NCBI GenBank assembly: GCA_964619675.1
Contig: CAZUEO010000005.1
Span: 15,162 to 79,161, forward strand
Origin: an uncultured Planctomycetaceae bacterium
Lineage (GTDB): Bacteria; Planctomycetota; Phycisphaerae; Sedimentisphaerales; UBA12454
Reading direction: 5' to 3'
Length of the DNA stretch: 64,000 nucleotides
Of this stretch, positions 45,058-52,686 are shown one piece after another. Positions within the stretch are counted from its first letter, which is position 1. The number at the start of each line of letters is the position of its first letter. The notes below the pieces were generated by a model, which made no database searches, was not told the origin of the DNA, and saw only the letters and a list, made by a program, of their open reading frames with translations. The position numbers and the translations under genes were made by a program.

Positions 45058-45963
45058 TTAGAATTTCGTCATTTTGCGAAGCTGCTCAAGGCGGGCGTCT
45101 ATAACATTTCTGCCGGCAGCGGTAAGGGCTGAAAGCGAAAAGCCCTCGATAACCAATGAAGCGGCTGCCGTTCCATAGGCAGTAGCAGTTCTGATGTGTT
45201 CGGTATCGGTCTTGTCGGCGTTTGCCAGGTAACCTAAAGCCGCACCAGCGAAGACATCTCCTGCTCCCGTCGGGTCCTTAATGTCTTTGGTCGGATAGGC
45301 CGGCAGAACAAACCAGTTGCCGCTGCTTTCCAGTGAAATCGCGCCGTGTGAGCCTTTCTTGATAATTACCGTCTTGGGGCCCATTTCCAGCAGCTCTTGT
45401 GCGGCAATGGCCAGATTGTCAACTTTAGTCAGCATCTTTGCCTCGCCCTCGTTAAGTATCAGCGCATCTATCCGGTGCAGCAGTTTTTTTAATTCGTCGG
45501 CCTGATTCTCAATCCAGCAGTTCATCGTATCAGCAACGACGAATTTAGGTTTTTTAAGCTGTTCGAGAAGCTGGAGTTGCAGTGAAGGATGGGTATTTGC
45601 GAGAAATACAAATTCGCTGTCTCTGAAATGCTCCGGCACAATCGGCGGCCGTTCGGCGAGCACGTTCAGCTGGATCGCATCGGTCAGCGCATGACTCATA
45701 TCGCCCTGATAAGAGCCTTTCCATCTGAAGGTTTTGCTGCCCGCTCTTACCTCAAGGCCTGAAAGGTCAATGTCCCTGCCGGCAAAAGTCTTTGCCAAAT
45801 CAAAGGGACAGTCATCGCCTACAACGCCGACAAACCGCACCGGTGAAAAGAAACTCGCCGCCATACTGAAATAAACAGCCGACCCGCCCAGACAGCTTTC
45901 GCTCTTGCCGAATGGCGTTGTTACCGTGTCAATCCCTATAGAACCCGTTACAAGCAAACTCAT
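45058..45963 (-). CDS. PfkB-family carbohydrate/nucleoside kinase
   Basis: The N-terminal GSIGIDTV and the C-terminal DPTGAGDVFAGA signature are present. Confidence 0.8.
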   Translation of the reverse strand: MSLLVTGSIGIDTVTTPFGKSESCLGGSAVYFSMAASFFSPVRFVGVVGDDCPFDLAKTFAGRDIDLSGLEVRAGSKTFRWKGSYQGDMSHALTDAIQLNVLAERPPIVPEHFRDSEFVFLANTHPSLQLQLLEQLKKPKFVVADTMNCWIENQADELKKLLHRIDALILNEGEAKMLTKVDNLAIAAQELLEMGPKTVIIKKGSHGAISLESSGNWFVLPAYPTKDIKDPTGAGDVFAGAALGYLANADKTDTEHIRTATAYGTAAASLVIEGFSLSALTAAGRNVIDARLEQLRKMTKF

Positions 45964-45981
45964 AAATCACCCTTTTATATC

Positions 45982-46030
45982 AAAAATAAAAACTAAAAAA
46001 TAAAAACTACATATAAAAATTAAAAATTAT
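45982..46030. repeat. Heptanucleotide array (aaaaata aaaacta)x2, then catataa aaattaa aaattat
   Basis: Seven contiguous 7-nt units run into the stop codon of 4HB copy 2 (46027-46029). Confidence 0.8.
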
Positions 46031-46398
46031 TTCTTGCCCTTTAGTGTTAGAAGGCTTGAGCCGAAGATATTGGAAATTTCACCCAGCTCTTTTAAAAACC
46101 ACTCTGACTTGTCCGGTTTTATGCGTTTACTGTCTCTCAGGAGCGCCAGCCAAACCTTGCTTTCATTGGCAGATTTCAGAGAAATGTGAAAATAATTGGT
46201 AAAGTCTTTTTTACTGCTCGCGGTTTGTCCTTCAATGTAATTTGCCAAAATACTCGTTCCACTTTTTAATAACTGGTCACCAAGACGTTTTGATACGTTA
46301 TCATCGGGGAGTTGGTCGAGCAGTTCAATAAGGCGCAGCGCAAAATTGTAAAGGCGTTTTTTAAAGTCATTTTCAAATTTTTCTTTGTCGTTTTTCAT
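46027..46398 (-). CDS. Four-helix-bundle protein (23S rRNA-IVS protein family), copy 2
   Basis: RLYNFALRLIELLDQLP..LGDQLLKSGTSILANYIEGQ..FTNYFHISLKSANESKVWLALL matches the family pattern. The protein is 123 aa. Confidence 0.8.
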   Translation of the reverse strand: MKNDKEKFENDFKKRLYNFALRLIELLDQLPDDNVSKRLGDQLLKSGTSILANYIEGQTASSKKDFTNYFHISLKSANESKVWLALLRDSKRIKPDKSEWFLKELGEISNIFGSSLLTLKGKK

Positions 46399-46423
46399 TT
46401 TTATATTTTATTTTTTATATTCC
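46396..46423. repeat. Heptanucleotide array cattttt atatttt atttttt atattcc
   Basis: The array contains the 4HB-2 start codon (46396-46398), the gltX stop (46401-46403) and the last gltX codons (..GNIKNKI*). Confidence 0.8.
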
Positions 46424-48041
46424 CAAAGTTATCTATTGCCCTGTCGATTCTTTTGATAGTTTCCTCGATGCCGAGCATATCTACCGACTCAAATATCGGC
46501 AGCGAGACGGTTGTTCCGCAGATTGCCAGCCGCAGCGGCTGGGCAACTTTGCCGAGGCCTGCCTCTTTTTCCTCGGCTAAGGCCCGCAGCATTTTTGCTA
46601 TCGCCTGCTCGGTAATCACCTCAATTTCTGTCAGGCGTCTCTTCAGCTCTGCAAGCATTAAAAGCCCTTCGCCGTTGTTTTTTAGCAGGACCTTTTCGAC
46701 ATCCTTTTCGTTATATTCTATTTTATCACAGTCGATAAATAAAAAAGCGCTTTTTTGCTCAATCTCGGCGAGCGTTCTTGCGCCGATACCTGCTGTCAGT
46801 ATCCGCAAAAGCAGTTTGTCATCGGCGTTTGCCGCAGGAGAATTTGTGCCTTTGAGAAAATTCCTGTATCTTTTCAAAAGTTTTTCTTTATCCAGCAGCT
46901 TTATATGTCCTGTGTTGAACGCCAGCAGTTTTTTTCTGTCGAACAAGCTGTTTGTCTTATTGAATCGCGAGGGGTCAAAGGTATCAATAAGCTCCTGCAT
47001 CGTTAAAATCTCTTTATTACCCGGGGGACTGTAACCTAAAAGGGCTATAAAATTGACGAGCGCCTCGGGCAGATAGCCGCTTTTGAAAAAATCGACAATG
47101 TTTACTTCGGGCAGCTCGACATTCAGAAATTCGGCCATCGCGTCAATGGCGGGCTGGTCGGGCAGCCAATCGCCGGTGAGAAATTCCTCCAATTGCTGAA
47201 TTGAAATCCCGCCGGCGGAGGCAAGCTCCTGCCCAGCCGGATTTTCTGTTCTTTTTATCGCGTCTTTCAGGACTTTTGCCCTGTCTCGCTTTGACATTTT
47301 TCCGCCGGCATTGCTGACGGTAACGGACATATGAGCGTAAAGGGGCGTTTTAAAGCCGAGCGCATTTTGCAGCGCGATATGGCTCGGCGTGTTCATCAGA
47401 TGTTCCTGTCCTCGCAGAACGTGCGTAACACCCATAAGCTCATCGTCAACGACGCAGGCAAAATGATATGTCGGCAGGCCGTCGCTTTTTAGAATTATAA
47501 AATCGCTGATTTGGCTGCCGTCAAATTTCACCTGCCTGCGGATAACATCATCCACGATGATTTGGTCGCTGCCCATACAAAAGCGCACCGTGACGGGCTT
47601 GCCCTGCGAACGAGCCTGCTCTGTCTGGCTGCTGTCTGGAAACCTGGCAGGGCGGGGATAAAGGAAATTCTTTTTTTCTGCAGCGGCTTTCTGCCGCATT
47701 TGTTCAAGCTCCTGGGTTGTATCAAAGCAATAATAAGCCTTGCCCTGCTCGACGAGCTGCTTCGCATATTTTTCGTATATGGCTTTTCGCTGCGACTGAA
47801 AGTACGGCTCGGCAGGCCCGCCAACCTCGGGGCCTTCGTCCCAATCAAGGCCCAGCCAGCGCAAATCGTTCATCACCTGCTTTGCGGCAGTGGGCGTGTT
47901 TCTGCTCTGGTCAGTGTCCTCAATGCGCAAGATGAATTTGCCGCCTGATTTACGAGCCCAAAGCAGACTAAACAGCGCGGTCCTCGCCCCGCCAATGTGA
48001 AGATAGCCTGTCGGCGAAGGTGCAAATCTCGTTACTGCCAT
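46401..48041 (-). CDS. gltX: Glutamate--tRNA ligase
   Basis: The HIGH motif (YLHIGGARTALF) and the KMSKS motif (GKMSKRD) are present. At 546 aa the C-terminus is long. Confidence 0.9.
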   Translation of the reverse strand: MAVTRFAPSPTGYLHIGGARTALFSLLWARKSGGKFILRIEDTDQSRNTPTAAKQVMNDLRWLGLDWDEGPEVGGPAEPYFQSQRKAIYEKYAKQLVEQGKAYYCFDTTQELEQMRQKAAAEKKNFLYPRPARFPDSSQTEQARSQGKPVTVRFCMGSDQIIVDDVIRRQVKFDGSQISDFIILKSDGLPTYHFACVVDDELMGVTHVLRGQEHLMNTPSHIALQNALGFKTPLYAHMSVTVSNAGGKMSKRDRAKVLKDAIKRTENPAGQELASAGGISIQQLEEFLTGDWLPDQPAIDAMAEFLNVELPEVNIVDFFKSGYLPEALVNFIALLGYSPPGNKEILTMQELIDTFDPSRFNKTNSLFDRKKLLAFNTGHIKLLDKEKLLKRYRNFLKGTNSPAANADDKLLLRILTAGIGARTLAEIEQKSAFLFIDCDKIEYNEKDVEKVLLKNNGEGLLMLAELKRRLTEIEVITEQAIAKMLRALAEEKEAGLGKVAQPLRLAICGTTVSLPIFESVDMLGIEETIKRIDRAIDNFGNIKNKI

Positions 48042-48116
48042 TACTTGCCTTTCTTTAAAGACTTAGAGATGTCAAATTTAAACCCATAAGCGGCTAAAGT
48101 CAAGAGTGTGTTGATT

Positions 48117-50591
48117 CTATGCGGTGGTCTTGCGGTTTTTTGAGCAGAATTGGCTCATGAGTTTCATGCCAGCCGTTGTTTTTTCCTCCGAGCCGTCCAT
48201 ATTCGCAAAGGCCTCGACCAGTTCCACAAGCTTGGGGTCTGCGGGCTTTAAGCCGAACTGGTGAGCGAGATTTAGGATTGCTGCGTCAAGGCCGTAACGC
48301 ATAGCAACCTCAGTATAGGCACGGGCGACGCCGATTTTCCTGCCGGGCAGGTCTCGCACACAATTAGTTATGCCGAGTGAGAAATGACATTTCCGCAGCT
48401 GCGGGTCGGTCTTTATCTTCCTGATAGCATTGAACGTTCGATATGTGTAACTCGCCACGCCGGGCTGCATCGGCATATCAATCGCAAGAGGAAATACCGT
48501 GGAATCAAAGAAGATTTCCTGAGGCTTAAAGCCGTACTTGCCGACGGCTGCATCGTAAATTGTCTTTGCCAGGTTATAAAGGTCATCGACTCCGCCGGTA
48601 GCGTCTGCATCTACAGCCTTTGTTTCGCTGATGAGCAGGCCGATAAATTTATAATCGAAGTGTTTTTTAAGCGGCATTATGTTATCAATCGTGTGAACTT
48701 TTACGGAGTTTACGAGTGGCGGCGTCACTTTTTCATTGGTGTCGTACCATTCTTTCAGGCCTGCAATCAGCACGTTATCATCGCCGCTGTCGATGCAGAC
48801 CGGCACAGCTCTGCCGTATTTGCGGACTAATTTTACGTATTTTTTCATCAGCTTTACCGCAAAGGCAGGGTCTGATTCTCCGAACTGGTCGATATTGACT
48901 GCGATATAATCTGCGCCATCATCGGCCTGCGATTCTATCAGTGCTTTTATGTAATCAAGCTGCGGGCTGGGCTGCTCGAAGGCATTGTCGCCCAGCTCGT
49001 GAAGCTGCTTCATAATCTGGCCGGTTTTGGGTATCGAGGCGTGTATAAGCTCGCCTGTGCTGATGAGCGGGTTTTTCTGCGTATGGTCTTTGCCAAAAAG
49101 ATAATTCAGTATCGAGGCTGTGTGCTCAAGTTCGGGTCTTCTGGGTTTGTTGATGGTTTTTCGCAAGTTTTCAAGTCCGCCTGCCTGTGCCGCCGCTGCC
49201 TTGTAGATGCGGTCGCCGATGCAGGTTATCTCGAGATTGTTTCCGCATTTGCCTTCGACGGTTGAGTCGCCGCAGGGCGCGTTGTGCATTCCTTTTTCGC
49301 AGCCGCCGATTGTGCAAAGGCCAAAGTCCTCGGGCAGGCAGCAATCGCCGCATTCTTCACATTCAAACAGGCAGTACTTGACCGGTTTTTCCACTGCGAA
49401 GAAAGTTTTATAGAAAAAGCCATTGCCTTTGTCTGCACCGAGGAATTTCATTGTCTTTTTAAGAATATGATAGCCGGGATACTGCGTGTCAAAGAGGGCA
49501 GCGTGCATAAAATTAAAGAAACACAGCTTAAAGGTCTTTCTGAATTTGGCGAGCGGTTTTCTGCTGCCTGCGTCGTCGTAGAGGTAGTAAGCTTCTTTGG
49601 CAGGCCAGCAGAGATTGTCTTTGAACTGCTGCCAGCCGTCGCCTATTTCGGCGGCGCGTTTTAGAATCTTTATGAACGTTTCATAATCAGGCAGTCCGCC
49701 GACATCGACGCCTGCAGCGCCGATGGATTTGTACATCGCAATCTGCTGGGCGGCGCGCTCGACGTGCTGGTCGATATTTTCGCTGCAGATCTTTTCGAGA
49801 AGCTCATCGCTGACAAAACAGCCTGGCAGTTTTATGTCGTGCATTAATCTCGGGGCAGGCGTAATCGTGCTGAGAAGATAAACGTTGCCGATGACAGGGA
49901 TGTCGATTTTTTCATCCGTAAGATACCGCATTAATTCAACGCTTTTTTTCCAGTCCCAGCCGACCTGAGTTATGAGGAATTTTGCGCCGGATGCGATTTT
50001 CTTTTCCATTTTGAAGTACTGCTGGAGCAGGGACTCTTCGTTATATTTAAACGGCGAGACGGCGGCGCCTGGGAAAAACTGCGGCACAGATTGAAGGCTC
50101 TGCGGCTTTGCTGATATGATGGCGCTGTTATTTAAGCGGCCAATCAGGTTGAGCAGGCCGAGGGATTCGAGTTCAAAGACGCCTTTTGCTTCTGTCGGTT
50201 TGTCGCCTGTAATAGCAAGCAGGCTTTCGATACCTGCTGATTTATGGGTATTTAAAAGACTTAATATAGCGTCTTTGTTCATATCTTTGCAGGTTACGTG
50301 TGGGATAAAGTCGAGCCGGCCGAGCAGATTATTGGTTATTGCAAAATGATGAACGTCTGCTGGTTCGAGATTAGCGACTCCTCCCGGGCTTTGCGGGTTG
50401 GTTATGCCGACAAAGTCAAAATCGGCAGGTATGTCTTTGCCGTCGGCCTGGCTGTGAGCCTGAAGGAATTTTCTAATCGGCTCATAGCTGAAATTAGGCC
50501 CGCCGGTAAGCTCGGCAACAATGATAAATTTATCCCTGCTTTCCAGTGCCCGACTTAATCTTTTTTTTGTGCCTGATTTCATTAAAAACAT
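48117..50591 (-). CDS. Three-domain fusion: methylenetetrahydrofolate reductase (MetF-like), a Cys-rich MTHFR C-terminal (MetV-like) domain and a pterin-binding (methyl-THF methyltransferase-like) domain
   Basis: The MTHFR core shows HVTCKD..LLAITGDKP, followed by CEECGDCCLPEDFGLCTIGGCEKGMHNAPCGDS. The C-terminal region (ADYIAVNIDQFG..PVCIDSGDDNVLIAGLK..PLVNSV) resembles MetH/AcsE pterin barrels. Confidence 0.7.
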   Translation of the reverse strand: MFLMKSGTKKRLSRALESRDKFIIVAELTGGPNFSYEPIRKFLQAHSQADGKDIPADFDFVGITNPQSPGGVANLEPADVHHFAITNNLLGRLDFIPHVTCKDMNKDAILSLLNTHKSAGIESLLAITGDKPTEAKGVFELESLGLLNLIGRLNNSAIISAKPQSLQSVPQFFPGAAVSPFKYNEESLLQQYFKMEKKIASGAKFLITQVGWDWKKSVELMRYLTDEKIDIPVIGNVYLLSTITPAPRLMHDIKLPGCFVSDELLEKICSENIDQHVERAAQQIAMYKSIGAAGVDVGGLPDYETFIKILKRAAEIGDGWQQFKDNLCWPAKEAYYLYDDAGSRKPLAKFRKTFKLCFFNFMHAALFDTQYPGYHILKKTMKFLGADKGNGFFYKTFFAVEKPVKYCLFECEECGDCCLPEDFGLCTIGGCEKGMHNAPCGDSTVEGKCGNNLEITCIGDRIYKAAAAQAGGLENLRKTINKPRRPELEHTASILNYLFGKDHTQKNPLISTGELIHASIPKTGQIMKQLHELGDNAFEQPSPQLDYIKALIESQADDGADYIAVNIDQFGESDPAFAVKLMKKYVKLVRKYGRAVPVCIDSGDDNVLIAGLKEWYDTNEKVTPPLVNSVKVHTIDNIMPLKKHFDYKFIGLLISETKAVDADATGGVDDLYNLAKTIYDAAVGKYGFKPQEIFFDSTVFPLAIDMPMQPGVASYTYRTFNAIRKIKTDPQLRKCHFSLGITNCVRDLPGRKIGVARAYTEVAMRYGLDAAILNLAHQFGLKPADPKLVELVEAFANMDGSEEKTTAGMKLMSQFCSKNRKTTA

Positions 50592-51116
50592 TCCTTTTGG
50601 AGATTATTAGTTAAGCCGACTTAATATAATAAACTCTGTTAAAATAACCACTATAAATGCAAAGCCTTTTTTTGACATTATGTTGCTGATAAGAATATTC
50701 ATTTGCGAAAAGATAAGTCTTTAATTCTGTGGACAGAATGTTGATAACACTATTGTGGTGTTAAGATAAACATTTTGCGGAGAGCGGAGAAAGTGATGAA
50801 ATTGCGAGCTGTTTTTTTATGAAGTTGAGCAATTTTGTGAAGGGGGCCGACGGTCGTTGTTGTAACCTGTTTTGTAATAGACAGTTAAGAAAATGACGTA
50901 TAGCTTTGTTTTTTTTATGGGCATACTGATTGGTATGTGAATGAATTCAACAGGAGTTTAAGGTTTATCTGCGTCGTTAATCTTTAACGACTGCGCAAAA
51001 AGGTGGATAACTATGCTTGCTAATAGATGTATAGCTTTTGTATACCAAAAGACTTACGGCCAATTGGCGTTTAGTTTTGCAGTTATTCCTGACGATTTAG
51101 CCTTCGCGCATTTGTG

Positions 51117-52169
51117 CTATGGCGGATAAAATTCGAGGATTTTTTGCTTCAGTTTCTTGCACACTTTGCCTGGATTTTCAGCTTTGCAGATGCAGGATGA
51201 TACTGCAATTCTTCTTGCGCCGGCCTGCAGAACCTTTTCAATCGTTTCCGGATTTATACCGCCGACTGCAACGGCTTCAATGGGTTTATCTTTAAGAAAC
51301 TGAATTGCTCTGGTTATGTACTCAAGACCGGCAACTTTTGCCTGTTGTTTGGTATCTGTCGAAAAAACTGAACCCAACCCGACGTAGTGCGGCATTTGTT
51401 CAATTGCTTTAGTAAGTTCATCCATAGAATGTGTGCTTATTCCCGTAATTAAAGGCGCAAGCTGGCACTTGCGAGCTTCTGCAGGCGGCAGGTCGTCCTG
51501 GCCGAGGTGAATTCCATCGGCCTGCGCTGCAACGGCGATGTCCGCTCTGTCATTGATTATACTGATTATGTTATAATGTTTACATAACTCGACAAATTTT
51601 TTAGCCAGTGCGACCAGACCGGCATCGGTCATTTTTTTTGCTCGCAACTGCAGGCAGTCGGCCCCGTTTTGGGCCGCAGCCTTTGCCACTTTAAGAGCAT
51701 CCGGGCAGCTTTCAACTGTTATAATGCCGTAAAGCCTCACTTTTGCGAATCTTAAGGCACAGGAGCTAAAGAGGGATATATCTTTTTCGAGAACGTAACA
51801 ATCATAGCGAAGCTGCTCTAATATGCCGGCGATAGTTGTATCTATGGTTGCGGCAGCTTCGGTGAGGACCCTCATTGCCTCTGTGGTTCTTGCAAAGCCG
51901 GCGGTAACGCAGTCTTCGAATCCGCCTCGTTTCATCTGGTCGGCAACTTTTATTTCGCGGCCGACGTCATTTTCAGTATCACGAGCGGCAACAAGCCGTT
52001 GCGTATCGAGCCTGCTGACCGCAGAGCTCAACTGATGCCTGATTTGTTTGCAGCGGCTGCTGAGATGTTCATTGTTCAGGGCGAATCGGCAGAACTCTTC
52101 TGCTATCCGCAGGCCTTCGCGTGCGCGGTTGAAATTAGCATCTATAATTCTGTAAATCGCTCTATTCAT
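51117..52169 (-). CDS. thiE: Thiamine-phosphate synthase with an N-terminal extension domain
   Basis: The C-terminal ThiE barrel shows CLQLRAKK, ADGIHLGQDD and GLGSVFSTDTK. The N-terminal region of about 130 aa (IIDANFNRAREGLRIAEEFCRF) is as seen in long ThiE forms. Confidence 0.8.
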   Translation of the reverse strand: MNRAIYRIIDANFNRAREGLRIAEEFCRFALNNEHLSSRCKQIRHQLSSAVSRLDTQRLVAARDTENDVGREIKVADQMKRGGFEDCVTAGFARTTEAMRVLTEAAATIDTTIAGILEQLRYDCYVLEKDISLFSSCALRFAKVRLYGIITVESCPDALKVAKAAAQNGADCLQLRAKKMTDAGLVALAKKFVELCKHYNIISIINDRADIAVAAQADGIHLGQDDLPPAEARKCQLAPLITGISTHSMDELTKAIEQMPHYVGLGSVFSTDTKQQAKVAGLEYITRAIQFLKDKPIEAVAVGGINPETIEKVLQAGARRIAVSSCICKAENPGKVCKKLKQKILEFYPP

Positions 52170-52235
52170 AGCACTGGAGATTATAAGATATATGCGGGAA
52201 AGTTAAAGCGGGAAAGTAGTTATGGTGTCCTGCGC

Positions 52236-52269
52236 ATAAAAAAGGAGCTGCCTCCTCCTGGCCAGCTCC
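52236..52269 (-). terminator. Intrinsic terminator (minus strand)
   Basis: On the minus strand, GGAGCTG-gccaggaggagg-CAGCTCC is followed by TTTTTTAT. Confidence 0.65.
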
Positions 52270-52686
52270 AGAACCAAACGCAATTTATATTTACAGGGCT
52301 CTTTTTTTTAGTTTTTTTAGCCCTGGTTGCGTCCACAGGGGGGCTTTACTTACTTCTCCTCCTCCGGGGAATTTCAGAAAGCCCCCCCCGAAAAAGTCAA
52401 AGGGTGTTCCAAAATCAAGCAAAGGTTATGCCAGAATTTTTTAAGGATGGAATCTGTCAGATGAAATTACTGCAAGCTATGAATATTGAGAAGGTTAGCA
52501 CTAATCCGGCAACGTAAAAATACGAAAATGATATGTTAAAATTTAGCAATGTGTTGTATTTTGGCAACATCAGGAGTGATAATAATGCTGAAAAACTGTT
52601 TTTTATGGGCTCTAGCGCCTTGCAGAACAAAAATATGGCAGGATGTTTAAAAAAAGCAACAGCTATCTTATCTAAGCGCGTCCTTT

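Noticed and set aside
43807-45132. Plus-strand ORFs of 244 aa (43807-44541) and 190 aa (44560-45132)
   Set aside because: They are antisense to recA and thpR, both of which are unambiguous. Their Ser/Leu/Phe-rich translations are typical of shadow frames.
46312-47034. Plus-strand ORF of 240 aa overlapping gltX
   Set aside because: It is antisense to gltX and to 4HB copy 2, and its Ser/Phe-rich translation has no motifs.
50592-51116. THF, SAM or cobalamin riboswitch in the 525-bp leader of the MetF fusion gene
   Set aside because: The plus-strand string GGAGAGCGGAGAAAGUGAUGAAAUUGCGAG superficially resembles the 5' part of a THF aptamer. However, it is on the wrong strand for the gene and lacks a closing helix. 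No other aptamer core was recognised.
52170-52400. TPP riboswitch upstream of thiE
   Set aside because: The conserved TPP aptamer strings were not found on either strand by eye. A covariance-model scan would be needed to confirm this.
51999-52517. Plus-strand ORF of 172 aa spanning the thiE start and the intergenic region
   Set aside because: Its first half is antisense to thiE and the rest crosses hairpin and terminator sequences. It has no motifs.
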